A stretch of DNA of 63,950 nt, counting the filler, from Sphacelaria rigidula (lineage: Eukaryota), in NCBI GenBank assembly GCA_964200075.2. It is 5 parts of 5 records of this genome, joined end to end, with 100 filler letters (N's around TTAATTAATTAA, not from the genome) between each part and the next. Parts side by side here need not be neighbours in the genome. Positions count along the whole stretch, not along the records: positions 1 to 12,711 come from CAXNAA020003482.1; 4 more parts are not named here. One strand, 5' to 3'. How positions within the stretch are numbered: the first letter of the stretch is position 1; every line of letters starts with the position of its first letter. The notes below the pieces were generated by a model. It saw only the letters and a program-made list of their open reading frames with translations. It was not told where the DNA came from and searched no databases. Below are positions 1-11,657 of this stretch, one piece after another. The position numbers were made by a program, and so were the translations under genes.

Positions 1-3000
1 TGAATTTAGGTCAGGGAAAGCACGGCTTTTAAGTTGAGCCTCATTTTGTTTTTCAACCCCATTTTCGAGAATCCACTGTTAATGGGTGAAACGCCAGATT
101 GAAATATATTCTCAAAGGGCGGCGTTTTTCGATGCCTGAGAATCGTTTTAGATCAAGAAAATCGGTCTTGGTACTCCAATAAAACATCGGTGAACTAGTT
201 GACGACTGCGGGTTCCCGACCGGGTCCATGTTGGTCAAAGTTGCTGTCACGGAAATGTGGTGGAAGTTGATTCCGTACGTACAAGAAACGTTTCCGAGAT
301 TCTGGTGATAGGCGTTGGAGCAATTCAGCAGGAGGGTTGGAAGTTGATCGAGCAGGGTCCGTGGTGTGGATACGTGATGGAGACGAAGAAGGTACGTCGA
401 AATAAGGCTCATCGATGCAATTGACAGAACAGGCTGTCGGAGGCGCCGAGTTGGGCGCCGACCGTTCAGTGGCACATGTCTCAAGTGGAATGTGCATTAG
501 GGGAGCAGCAGCAATACCCAAATATCACCGGGTCCGAAGTTAGCATGACCGGTGAGGGGTAAAAAACGTTGTTTCCCCGCTGACATAAAGTGCTCGGTGC
601 CGGCAGGCGCACCAACCCGAGGAAGCATTCTGGTGAGGTAATGTCCCTTAAGGGCAGGCATGCCATTTCACGGAACGAGGACAACTTCTAGCAGTCGAGG
701 ACCATCTGAAACGGTAACATCAGTACTATCATCGTATCGTGTGTGGTAAGCAGCTTCAGTAGCTCGTTCATTTTTTTGATCGGCCAAGGCGACGTGAAGA
801 TTACCGAAATGTTAAAGGTTGAGTTTTCCACGAGGCGCAGGATGTGGCGATAATGGTGGTAGCGTGCACAGGGTGTGTTGGTCACACCTCATGTAACTAT
901 CTCTGCCCAGTAGTAAGGCGTGGGCTATGGTGCTGTCGGGGACGTCATATGCCCAGACTGCAAGGCTGGCAGAACGAGTTGTGTTGTAAAATAATTGCAC
1001 ACTGAGACGTCCTGATTTTCGTGTGGTGAAAGGTGCGGTGGAGTCCCCCAAACCGCCTCATTCTCGAGGCTGGGTGGTGATCCCGCAAGCTGCTGACGCA
1101 GCGCCAACCGTTTCATGTGTCCCACATTGATACACGGATAAATGTTTGTGGGGTGCTACTATCTAACAGAGAGAAACATTTTGCTGGCCTGGTGGCGTAT
1201 GGCACACAATGGATCGCTACACGAGTAGTAAAAGTTGCAGGATCTATAGATACCGAATCTCCAACAAGATCCGGACCATGTTCAGCCGGGGTAAATTGAT
1301 CGGGATCAGCAGTGCTGACGGCGAAAGCGGACGGCAGGTGATCCGCCGGGGGGTCAGATTTCTCACAAGAAAGTGTGGTGGATGGTGTGTGATCCCCAGG
1401 GTTAGCAAAACCTCGCTAGTCAGTAGCAATTTCATAGATGACCGTGTTGAGAAGACAAGGATCAACGTCTAAAGTGGACCCATGCTGTTCGATGCTAGCG
1501 TCGTCCAAAGAAGAAGCAGAAACATCAGAAATGTATGATTTAGATTCTTCTGTGATGCCTGATAAATTATTCGAGCTCAAAATCATCGCATTTTGGAGAG
1601 GACGAGGTCGAGAGCTTCAGCTCAACGGAGGTGTACGTGTTAATGCGCGCACTACCGTGGCGGCATGTTCACGAAAAACGGTGAAAATGAGTGGATGATG
1701 GCAAATATCCCAATCTTGCGAGGACGGTCCGCACCTGCTGTGCATGCAGCAGCGGCTCAGACAGCGTCGGCCAGGCGCAAGTATCTCACGCGTGGACGAT
1801 CAACGTGTGTTGATATATACACAAGCAGTTCCTCTTGCAGGTTGAAACGGCAACAGTGCTGTATGCGACGAGTTAAGGCAGTATCCGTGCAGCTGAGGGT
1901 GGACCCCCCCCCTCCTGAAACCTCACCTCCGGTGTCATAGGAGAGCAGCGCTCGCGTAACACCCGCGGGAGAAACACAGATGAATGTTTCACCATGGGGA
2001 CAAAGCAAACTTTCTATTGTAAGGGATTCACTTAATTCCATCAGTGTCACAAAATGCACGGCTTGACTGAAGCTTGAAAAGTTAACATTTTGCCCCACAC
2101 CAACACATGGGGGCTGTTCATCCAAGTACAGTACAAGCCCATGCAGCACAGTACTGTGCACCCCAGTGCAGCACAGAACAGTACAACTGCGTGCAGTGAA
2201 GCGCAACGCAGCACAAAGTGTTGTACAGGCTGCGAAGTGTAATGCTCAGGCATGACCAGCACCAACGGCAAGAGGAGACAAAATGTACAGTACTACAGCA
2301 GTGCATATATGACGGTCATGTCCGAGCCATCAAGATTCACGATGTGCCACATGCGGCCGTGGGTTATGTGAGATTCTGTCGATTAGGTATTCCATGAAGG
2401 AAGGTATTCATCCCACCTGGTGCCCCTTTTTGCGCAACGATTACAAGTTGGGAACCTGCATCCGGGTTCCAACGACCCCCTACATAGAGCGAGGTGATCC
2501 GAGTGTACGTCGACATATAGTTCGAGTTGTGAAGTTGGACGGTACAACGGTACGGCGATCGCATGCAGCGACTATGAGATTTTATGGCGCGGTAAACAAG
2601 AACCCGCTCTCGTTGGATGGTGCAGCATGGTAACCGCACGGTCAAAGGCATTTGGGATGAAACAAATTGACGTGAAGTTCTACACGCATCCAGTTTCCTG
2701 CACATTCGCTAACCGCAGATGCGCAAGATCCCGAAGAATCACAGTTGGGGCGCCAAATCTGGAGCATTTCTGCGACGCCGTCCGGGGCAGACCGAACGCG
2801 TGAAATTTGGCACCGTAATCTATCTCGAGATAAGAACACCACAATACCCTTGATGTACTAATGCCGCGCGAAATAGAAGTGCTGCAGATCCCGCGCAAAT
2901 TGACTGCTTTACCCTTGTTCCCGCTGATGATGGTGAGCTTTGAACGAAATTTCGGATGCCTACGTGTGGGCATGACGTCCTTTCATAAGAACCTCCGACT

Positions 3001-3561
3001 CTTACAATCGCAAAATCGAAAAGACCACACGGTTGACGCATTGTGACCATCTAGCGTTGTCCCGTCGCCCGGACAGGTAGTGAAGTGCCTGCGCCACGTC
3101 CGTGGTTGAAAGCAGATCTCCACTCAGGCACTCCGAATGTACAGTGTCGGTGGAAAATCCGAGGATCATCGCCGGGGGTTACGCCGGCGAAAGGGGCTCA
3201 GCGTAAAAGTGATTGAGCCCCCCTTCGTACGGAAAAGATACGGCGACTATACTGTTCAGTGCCTCGGAGACGTTTATCGCGTCCGCTGACGGCACATCTG
3301 TAGAAAACCAGGGGTTAGAGGGATGCAACGACCGTCCGAAAGCAGAACGTGACAAGTTCAAATGTCGATCGGGCGGGGAAGGCGCGACTCGTGGAATCTC
3401 GACTACTTCGGCGTCGCAAAACAATACGCGAGAGGTGTCACCGTGGAATCCGCCGACAGTAGCCCTTAACGAAGTGGTTAACACCCCCCGCAAAAGCGGA
3501 AGAGCTGAGCGGTAAAGTCGTAGACGTGCAGAATTTCAACTACGTCAAGCAAGGCGGAGAA
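1..3561 (-). mobile_element. Degenerate Ty3/Gypsy-type LTR retrotransposon internal region (putative gag, aspartic protease, region leading into RT); many stops and frameshifts
   Basis: Minus strand 1133-1178 reads CFSLLDSSTPQTFIRV (decayed D(S/T)G protease motif), followed by AVWAYDVP..HALLLGRDS (ORF 812-1051, protease C-terminal motif) and then LLQRLSPESRKRF..LPPHFRDSNFDQHGPG and STKTDF, which resemble the pre-RT segment of Gypsy pol. The gag call for 2360-3560 is weaker. Confidence 0.6.
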
Positions 3562-4272
3562 TGTTGGAAGAATTCGTGTCCGTGGCACCGTCTGTACGAC
3601 AGACCGACTACTGTTCAGCGAATAGTAGTAGCAGAGGTTGCACCCTGATCGTGAAATCAGTTGCGTCTGCAGCTCAGAATAAATCAGTGAGACAGATAGT
3701 TGATTGGGCGCTTATTGGCCAAGAAAAGCAGAAACACACAGTTCCTTCAAAAAGCGGGAAATGGGGTGTTGAAGGAGAGTAACCTTGGAGGGCGATGAAA
3801 ACCACCAGCTCCGTCCCTCAATCCCTGGAACCAAAAAGCAAAGCGCTACACGTGCGTGACCAAACGCTTCCATGTCACTTGCGTGGGAGAGTGCCAGCTC
3901 ATAGACTAGATTCTTACTCAAGCTACGGCACTAACAAACACTGGAAGTACACTGTCGTATCCTACGAGCTTACGTGGCCAGATCTACAGGATATATATAA
4001 CTCAAGGATCCATACAAAAAATGTACTTGTACCCGGGATATCCCGCGCTACTTGAACCGTGACTAGTTGTCCCGCTAAGTTGCTACGAGAGTAAAAACTC
4101 ACACAATACAAGCAGCTAGGCTGTACAGATTTACAACACTCCCCCTTGAGTTGTACGTCGCTTAGTAATCCAGTCCTCAATCAAATTGTTCACTAGAAAA
4201 AAGGTAGCTATATATATTGCGATGCGCTGATGTATAAAAGGTCAGCTGTGCAGTGCAATCAAGTCAAATCAA
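3562..4272 (-). repeat. 3' LTR of the Copia element (core 3562-4138 plus PPT-containing extension to 4272)
   Basis: Direct repeat of 8646-9359 with about 28 differences counted by eye (~96% identity). PPT-like AAGGGGGAG (minus) at 4139-4147 directly precedes TGTTG. Confidence 0.9.
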
Positions 4273-4600
4273 CAATCAATCGAGGTACTTGAGCTCGCGG
4301 TGCTGATTACAAAATCAGTCCGCCCTTTTTCAACTGCAAAGGTATTGTTTCAAGAACACCTTCTACCACGAAATTTCATGTACACATACACATTCGGACT
4401 AATTGTGTGGCATCAAAATTTTGTTACCTGTATTAGCCTTAAAAAGATTTCCCGTAGTATGCTACTGGTTGGGTAGAATTGTCTTGTTTCCATGTGCAGC
4501 CTTCCTGTATACAAACAAAAGAAATAAATTCCCATGAGATAGCTCCTGAATATAGTACTTGTATATTGCCCGAGTTTACAAGTAAACCCATATTCATGAT

Positions 4601-5563
4601 TCAAGGTGCAATTTGTGCATCCAAATCCCTCCCGTACTTGAGTCTGGCGGGCAACGGTGATGACCCCCGTACTTGAATAAATCTTGAGGTCAGTTGGTCG
4701 TGTAACCTCTTCGTGATTAAAACATCAAACTCATCTGGGGTCTCATTGATCCAACCTTTAACTAACAAGTTGAACACTCTCAGGTCCAGGAAAAAATGAA
4801 TGTCTGCCATGAAAAATAGTTGCCTGAGGGAATTCAGAAAATCGAAGATGGTTGGATATTCACGTTCATCGAATAGCCCGAAGCGTCGGAGATCTGCGAC
4901 CATTCTCCGTCTGTCCCTCCAGCTCTGACCTGGAACGCCAACATGCTGGAGGTGATCCTTCCTGCATCCCCAGTCAATTATTTTCCCTGAAATCGGTCGT
5001 CTTGATCCGTTGTCGGCTGTGCTTTGTTGAGCCCTAGCGCGTGGTGTGACACCATGAATACTCGTCGCTTGTGGGCGAGAGTTACGGTTGTTATGGTATA
5101 TCACGTGTGGTTGTCCGGTAGTAAGGTCCAAAGTCTCGAAGCCCGGTGGTTGTTTGCAATATACCGTCTCCGTTAGTTTTCCGTTTAAGAAGGCTGTTTG
5201 TACATCATCTAGCGCAATTACCGGCCAGCTTTTTGCAGTGGCTGTCGCGAGAAGGATCCTCTGGCTCTCGAGTCGGCAGACTGGTGCAAAACTACTCCCG
5301 CAATCGAATCCGTGTCGTTGTGCCCAACCCTGTACAACTAGTCGGGCCTTGAATCGTCCGTCGGCTTTGACCTTGTAGACCCATATCGTGCAAATGATGT
5401 TGTTCGGCGAAACTTTTCCAGCTGGAATAGTGTCGGCCACGCGATGGTCTTGAATGCTGCGGAGTTCGTCGAGCATGGCTGCTCTCCACTTTGTGGCATA
5501 TGGTGAGGAAGAGGCCTGTTTGAAATTATTCGGAACGAGAATAGATGCAGGGGGGTATGACAC
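4601..5563 (-). pseudogene. Truncated Copia reverse transcriptase N-terminus fused in frame to an unrelated ~165-aa ORF
   Basis: WRAAMLDEL..WVYKVKADGRFKARLVVQG..DVQTAFLNGKLTETVYCKQPPGF are Copia RT motifs. Homology stops at ~5105, before the YVDD box. Frameshifted relative to the integrase ORF at the G6 run ~5550-5555. Confidence 0.85.
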
Positions 5564-7031
5564 TTTCGATGCCGACCGTCCCGATATAATGTGTAACTGA
5601 TTCCAAAGTCATGGATGAATTCCGTGGAGCTTCGATCGCCAATGCTAGTTTTCGTGGTTCTCGAGATTGACGATGGTTGGTAGGAGATGAAGTAGTGCGG
5701 GCTGAAGTTCCGGCGGAGCGAAGTCGCATAGGATGAGTAGAAGTGCTTGAGCTGTCGCCGCGGTCCAGCTGTGAAATGCCATCAAAAATGTTGTTGTTGA
5801 AATCCGTATTGTCCTGTTGGTCCTTTTGATGGGGCTGTAAGTCAGTATTTCCCCCCCAAGCAGTTGGAGTTGGGCCTTGTTGCAGGTTTAATGCTCCCAC
5901 TGCTTGTTCGATGAACGTGACGTTTCGAGAACTACTAATCCTGCCGGAGTGCCGGTCGTAGATGCGGTGTGAAGGGCTGTCGCTGTCGTACCCTACTAGA
6001 ACTCCCTCCCATGCCTTGTCCTCCAGTTTGTTGGGGTGTCCTTCCTTGTGTACGAACGCACGACAACCTATGGTGCGTAGAAACGATAATTTCGCCTTTT
6101 TTCCAAACATCCTGTAGTGCGGTGTTTCTCCGTTGATGATGCTATGGGGTAGACGATTCAGTAGAAATACTGCCGTCGCTGCTATTTCACCCCATAGGTA
6201 CTTGGGCAGGTGACCTTCGTTCAAGAGGCAACGGGTTATGTTGAGAATAGTTCTTCCGTCGCGTTCTGACATACCATTTGGCTGGGGAGTATGTGGACAG
6301 GTGAACTCTTGGATAATTCCTGTAGTTTTGCAGTATCGTCGAAAATAGTCTGCGATATATTCTCCCCCCCGATCCGAACGCAGGCGGTGTACTCGTAGTC
6401 CTAAGGGAATTGCCACGTCTTGAACATATTTGCACAGGGTAGCAATTGCCTCACTTTTTGCCTTAATAAAGTATACAAGTTTCAGTCGACTGTAGTGGTG
6501 GGTGAATTTAGTCATATACCTATATCCTCCTAATGCAGTCGGTGTGATGGGTCCTGACAGATCCGTTGTCACAAGTTGTAGACGCTCAGTCACTGATGAA
6601 AAGTCCGCGGTCTTCGGATGGTTTTGCTGGGTGCGGAAGGTCTTCTGATCCCGAATAATTTTCATGTTGAGGAAGTGTAGCGTACCGGAATTGTCGGTCC
6701 GGATAGGAATTCTGAAGCTTCCAAGATTCACGTGAGAATTAACCGAAAATAAAGTTGATACTCCTTGCAGTAATGCTTCGACAGGTGAGAAGAGATGTTT
6801 GCCGAGGCCCGGCACAATGATAGCCGGAAGGCGGACGGAGTGCTGGTTGCTCTTCTGGTCACAGACGATGGAGTGGAGGACACCTTTTCCTGTTCCGCAA
6901 AGTAGATGACGGCCTGCTGTCAGAATTCTCATGGGAGGATCGAGTTTTACATAGTCAAACATCTCCGCTTCAATATTCGGCAGTAGTTGATTGTCGATGT
7001 AGTGATGGCTAGCCCCGGAATCACATACCAT
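5526..7031 (-). CDS. pol: Copia pol: aspartic protease and integrase core
   Basis: VCDSGASHH protease motif; integrase DDE core TTDLSGP / LRSDRGGEY / PQPNGMSERDGR; Copia-typical LRTIGCRAFVH..KLEDKAWEGVLVGY. Confidence 0.92.
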   Translation of the reverse strand: MVCDSGASHHYIDNQLLPNIEAEMFDYVKLDPPMRILTAGRHLLCGTGKGVLHSIVCDQKSNQHSVRLPAIIVPGLGKHLFSPVEALLQGVSTLFSVNSHVNLGSFRIPIRTDNSGTLHFLNMKIIRDQKTFRTQQNHPKTADFSSVTERLQLVTTDLSGPITPTALGGYRYMTKFTHHYSRLKLVYFIKAKSEAIATLCKYVQDVAIPLGLRVHRLRSDRGGEYIADYFRRYCKTTGIIQEFTCPHTPQPNGMSERDGRTILNITRCLLNEGHLPKYLWGEIAATAVFLLNRLPHSIINGETPHYRMFGKKAKLSFLRTIGCRAFVHKEGHPNKLEDKAWEGVLVGYDSDSPSHRIYDRHSGRISSSRNVTFIEQAVGALNLQQGPTPTAWGGNTDLQPHQKDQQDNTDFNNNIFDGISQLDRGDSSSTSTHPMRLRSAGTSARTTSSPTNHRQSREPRKLALAIEAPRNSSMTLESVTHYIGTVGIESVIPPCIYSRSE

Positions 7032-7037
7032 TTGGAA

Positions 7038-8366
7038 TCATATAGAAACCGGTGGCCGAGTGTTGACCCTGTCCTCAGGATCAGCAAAAGAGGCGTAGCC
7101 TATGCCACTCGGTGGGGAGCATGAATCGGTCACTGTTAAGGATGAAGGTCCGCTGGTATCTTGAGCTTGGTGATTCGAAAGAAGAGTCGCCGACGTCGTT
7201 GTTGATGAAGTGGTTGATGCAGGATCCATGGTGACGGTGTTGGCTTGATTCGGATGATTGGAGATGTTGTTTGCTCTGGGGCCGGAATTATTGTAGTTGC
7301 TGCTGGAGCGGCTGTTGATGTGGCGGGTGTGTTGACGACGATCGTTGTTTCCACCATGATGACTGTGGTTTCCGACCGCATTTCCCTTGTTTATTTGGTT
7401 CTTACATTCACTATTGTTACGTTTGTCCGCTCGGTGCAGACCACACCATTTAACAGACCTGCCGCTACTGTTGGACTGTCTTTTGAAACGACAGTCTCGC
7501 ATATGGTGACCAGGCTTACCACAGATAAAACATTTTCCCGCGAATCGTGTAGAAGTTGAAGAATTATTAGTTGATGATGTCGCTATCATGGCAGAATCTC
7601 GACCGCGTACTCCTTTCGACAAAATTCCGCGTGCGACGCGATTGGAATACATATTCCTCATTGTTACTTCGATGTCGGAGATGCTGAAGTCAGGATCGCG
7701 CTCCGCATCATACTTGATCCGATCATAGTAATCTGTCAAACCTTCCACCACGATGTCCGTAAGTCTTTCATCTGATATGGGCTCACCCATGTATACCAGT
7801 TGATCATGCAGTTCGTAGATCTTGGTCAGGAAAACGTCAGGATCTTGTGCAGGTGACATTTTGATGTTGTCAAGCTGACGCATAAGAATACGCCGCCTTT
7901 GCTTCGAGGAGTTTTCATATTTGCCGACTAGTGCCTCCCAAGCAATTTTTCCATTCGGTCGTGCATGGCCCTTCGGCTCGAAGCGTAGAAGAAAACTGCC
8001 CGCTGGGCCTGAAGTTGTCAAGTAAAGAATATTGGACAACTGTTCATTACAGCGATCCCAATTCTCAATTTCAGATCTGTTGGCCACAATTCTCACATGA
8101 GTGTCCTCCTGGGATAAGTCCACTCCGCCACCAGCCGGGTCCTGAACTGAATCTCGTGTTGCTGGATCTCTTGGTTCTGCTGCCTCTTCTGATGAAGACG
8201 GTGGAGTTCCTGGGGAGCGGGTGTGTGGCGGCGTTGATCTTGCTGTCGGTCTTGTAGTCGGAGGTGATTGAGCACCTTGAACGTGCTCCACGTCATCAAA
8301 CATTTCCGCGGGACGTGTACCCCCATTCATAATATCTGAGATCCCTGGGTGTGTCAGGGAAATCAT
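7038..8366 (-). CDS. gag: Copia gag with CCHC zinc knuckle
   Basis: 442-aa ORF with AWEALVGKY and LVYMGEPISDERLTDIIV-type gag segments and a CFICGKPGHHMRDC knuckle; same frame as pol, separated by one TGA. Confidence 0.9.
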   Translation of the reverse strand: MISLTHPGISDIMNGGTRPAEMFDDVEHVQGAQSPPTTRPTARSTPPHTRSPGTPPSSSEEAAEPRDPATRDSVQDPAGGGVDLSQEDTHVRIVANRSEIENWDRCNEQLSNILYLTTSGPAGSFLLRFEPKGHARPNGKIAWEALVGKYENSSKQRRRILMRQLDNIKMSPAQDPDVFLTKIYELHDQLVYMGEPISDERLTDIVVEGLTDYYDRIKYDAERDPDFSISDIEVTMRNMYSNRVARGILSKGVRGRDSAMIATSSTNNSSTSTRFAGKCFICGKPGHHMRDCRFKRQSNSSGRSVKWCGLHRADKRNNSECKNQINKGNAVGNHSHHGGNNDRRQHTRHINSRSSSNYNNSGPRANNISNHPNQANTVTMDPASTTSSTTTSATLLSNHQAQDTSGPSSLTVTDSCSPPSGIGYASFADPEDRVNTRPPVSI

Positions 8367-8630
8367 TGCGCGCGTACTGCGCTTCCATTCGAGGAAATTC
8401 GTTCCGTCAAATTTCCTGATGAACAGATGGCTCTCCCTGACTGTTCATCTTGTTGCAAAAATGTGTGAATGTTCACCACACTTAAAACCTTGTGTAATTA
8501 AAAAAATATCAAGGCTTGACATTTCTCACTTTTCTGATGCAGTGACGACCTTGATGGGAAGTCTCTTCGTTGGTGCTGACCGATGTAGTCTTAAGTCGAA
8601 GGTTGATGACCTGATGACCTGGTCGCGAAT

Positions 8631-8645
8631 CGCAGGCTCATAAAC
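8631..8645 (-). promoter_or_regulatory. Primer binding site, tRNA-Met anticodon-half type
   Basis: GTTTATGAGCCTGCG immediately after the 5' LTR; resembles the GGTTATGGGCCC copia-type PBS. Confidence 0.65.
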
Positions 8646-9373
8646 TGTTGGAAGAATTCGTGTCCGTGGCACCGTCTGTACGACAGACCGACTACTGTTC
8701 AGCGAATAGTAGTAGCAGAGGTTGCACCCTGATCGTGAAATCAGTTGCGTCTGCAGCTCACAATAAATCAGTGAGACAAATAGTTGATTGGGCGCTTATT
8801 TGGCCGAGAAAAGCAGAAATACACAGTTCCTTCAGAAAGCGGGAACTGGGGTGTTGAAGGAGAGTAAACTTGGAGGGCGATGAAAACCACCAGCTCCGTC
8901 CCTCAATCCCTGGAAGCAAAAAGCAAAGCGCTACACGTACGTGACCAAACGCTTCCACGTCACTTGCGTGGCAGAGTGCCAGCTCATAGACTAGATCCTT
9001 ACTCAAGCTACGGCACTAACAAACACTGGAAGTACACTGTCGTATCCTACGAGCTTACGTGGCCAGATCTACAGGATATATATGTAACTCAAGGATCCAT
9101 ACAATAAAGGTACTTGTACCCGGGGTATCCCGCACTACTTGAACCGTGACTAGTTGTCCCACTAAGTTGCTATGAGAGTAAAAACTCACACAATACAAGC
9201 AGCTAGGCTGTACAGATTTCCAACACTCCCCCTTGAGTTGTACGTCGCTTAGCAATTCAGTCCTCAATCAAATTGTAGACTAGACAAAAGGCAGCTATAT
9301 ATATTGCGATGCGTTGATGTATAAAAGGTCAGCTGTGCAGTGCAATCAAGTCAAATCAATAAGATTTTCAACA
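8646..9373 (-). repeat. 5' LTR of the Copia element (core 8646-9225, extension to 9373)
   Basis: Direct repeat of 3562-4272; core has a TGTTGGAA...TTCCAACA terminal inverted repeat; outer end reads TGTTGAAAATC on the minus strand. Confidence 0.9.
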
Positions 9374-10282
9374 TATTACGCGGACGCTTTCCGTGGTAAT
9401 ATTAGGCAAAGATTCCAAGCATAGGGCTTAGGAGATAAAAAAAAACAATCGTGGTACAAACAAAACACACAGATGCGATACAAAAACAGAAAAAAACGAA
9501 TGAAAGTGGTATCGAAACAACTCAAACGCAAAGGAGACAAAAATAGGGGGGCGTCGGCGCGCGCGATCGCTTCGCGGTAGCAAGTCGTGCACACCGCACG
9601 AGTATACATATCGCAAATCTCGACAGGTTTTGCGTGCCTCCTTGTCCCTCGCGATGATATCCCAGCCGCCGTGTGCCGTGAAAACGCACCTAAATAATGT
9701 CATGCTTCGCACCACTCGGTGACTAATACAACCTGAAATGAGTGTTACCGTGCAGCACCGCCAGAACAATCAAATGAGGCCCCTGCACGGCACCGCGCCA
9801 CATGAAAACCCTTGCCTCTATCCGCCCCGGCCCCCTCATAAATGCCGTCGCACCTCACGGCCCGCAACTTTGGGCGCTTCCACACTTCCACACATATTGT
9901 CTTTGTCGTCGCAATTGCCACCACCTCATCACCCAACAATTAGCTTGGCATCACACATGACGGGCGGGCCGTGGCACATTCACCACGGCCGCCAAGTACA
10001 CTCGCCGCCGGGTCCGGACGTTGGGATTTGCGCGGCAGAATCACGGGGTGACCGACGTTACTACAGTATAAGTTAATCTGCCCCGTCCCTGCGGCCGCAC
10101 TTCCTCCCGTCAAATGTCATGCCTTGCCATCCTGTGGCGCCCTTCGTCCCATGGACATCGGGTAAACCTTTAGACCTGTCCGGCGTGAATACCTGCGCCA
10201 CTCCCTTTAACAAGCGCGCACCACGGTGGTGTGGCGTGTCTAATTCCGGTGATATTCCAGCATGAAGTTGCTCTATTTGAAT

Positions 10283-10420
10283 CATTGATTGATTGTCGCA
10301 CTTTGACTGCCCCCCAGGGATCTAGCCGTGGTCTCATGATAGACGTACCCAATAAAAAAAAGACTGAAACGTTCGCTGAAGAAAAGAAGGAACAGATAAA
10401 ACAGAATGTCGACCAGAACG
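10283..10420 (-). mobile_element. 3' end of a non-LTR retroposon with (AATC)n tail
   Basis: Motif GACCACGGCTRGAT..GGGG.CA..AAGTGCGACAATCAATC recurs at ~11000-11073 (+), ~13640-13728 (+) and ~21146-21260 (-), mostly with a T-rich upstream tract and AATC tail. Confidence 0.65.
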
Positions 10421-11255
10421 ACATGTTAGAGTAACTGGTAAGAAAATAATAGTATTCAAGTGCGAGAATCAGTCAACCAATCGATCAATCAATCAAGCAC
10501 TGACGATGAGAAAAAAAGTCAAGAAAGCGAAGCACAGAAGTTAATGGCCGACCTAAAACCAGAAAAAAAGGGAGAGAAAAGGAAAGTGAAGAGCAAGGGC
10601 GATACAATTGAAACAATGTGAAAAAAAGAAAGAAAAAGCCTCTGGGATTGAGGGCAGCAGAGCAGGTACAGATACACACCAGTGGGCACGGTTCGGTTAT
10701 CGAACAACATAATGAACACCCGATATGATTTATGTCACACGCAATATTCACTACTTCGGGGAATTTTGTGAACATTATCATCTACGGCGATTTTGCATGA
10801 CTTGCGCGCGCGAATCCTGTTGTTGCCGTGCGATTTTCCAATGTCGTGTTTTGTACGGTCTGTATACCAGAGGCACTCTCCCAGGTATTCACGACATTTG
10901 ATTTTTCCGTCTGTTACTTTTTGTTGTGCGTCTACGTATACTATATACTTCTGTCATCCTCTTATTCTGCTTCTAACGATTGTCAGGGTCGGTTTTGAGT
11001 TTTGTTATGTCTTGGGTACGTCTATCATGTCACCACCGCCGACTTGCTGGGGGCTTACTTCAAGTGCGACAATTTGCGCGTAAGGGCGGTGCTTCACTCA
11101 CCGTCTGCGGGCCCCGCAACCCCCGAAGTAGCACCCAGTGCATGTCCCGTTGAGATCGCTTCAGCCGCTGTGTCATCCGGGCTCATACCGTTGCATCCAC
11201 AATATCCATATACACATCGCTTGCCCCTCTTGCCACAACTGCCGTTAACAGACAA

Positions 11256-11657
11256 TTCTATAGAAGAAGGTTCATCAATGAAATGAGGTTCGAGCCCAAA
11301 ACAGTACTTTCTCCCCACGTTCAGCGATGGTGCCCAATGACTTTCTTGTCGGTCTAATGCCCCTCGATCGCGTGGATACTTCTTTAGCTCATTTTACCGA
11401 CTCTGTGAGCTTACAGCGCTGTCCGAAACCGCCATTTCTACTTATTTTTTAGGGGGGGGGGGGTGATATCAGGGAAAACAGCAGTTTCGGTCAGCGCTGT
11501 AAGCTCACAGAGTCGGTAAAATGCGCTAAAAAAGTATCTACGCGATCGAGGGGCATTAGGCCGACAAAAAAGTCATTGGGCACCGTCGCTGAAAGTGTGG
11601 AGAAAGTACTGTTTTGGACTCGAACCTCATTTCATTGATGAAGCTTATTTTTTAGAA
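11256..11657. mobile_element. Foldback MITE with ~175-bp inverted arms
   Basis: 11256-11430 is the reverse complement of ~11482-11657 with scattered mismatches; the spacer contains a G run. Confidence 0.85.

Larger units (their letters stand above)
3562..9373 (-). mobile_element. Ty1/Copia LTR retrotransposon, internally deleted (non-autonomous)
   Basis: Two ~710-bp direct repeats with TGTTG...CAACA ends; domain order gag-PR-IN-RT on the minus strand; PBS next to the 5' LTR; most of RT and all of RNase H absent. Confidence 0.95.

Noticed and set aside
9374..10280. 5' LTR or leader of the Gypsy element
   Set aside because: Plausible by position, but no second LTR, clear TG..CA ends or PBS could be identified in the window.
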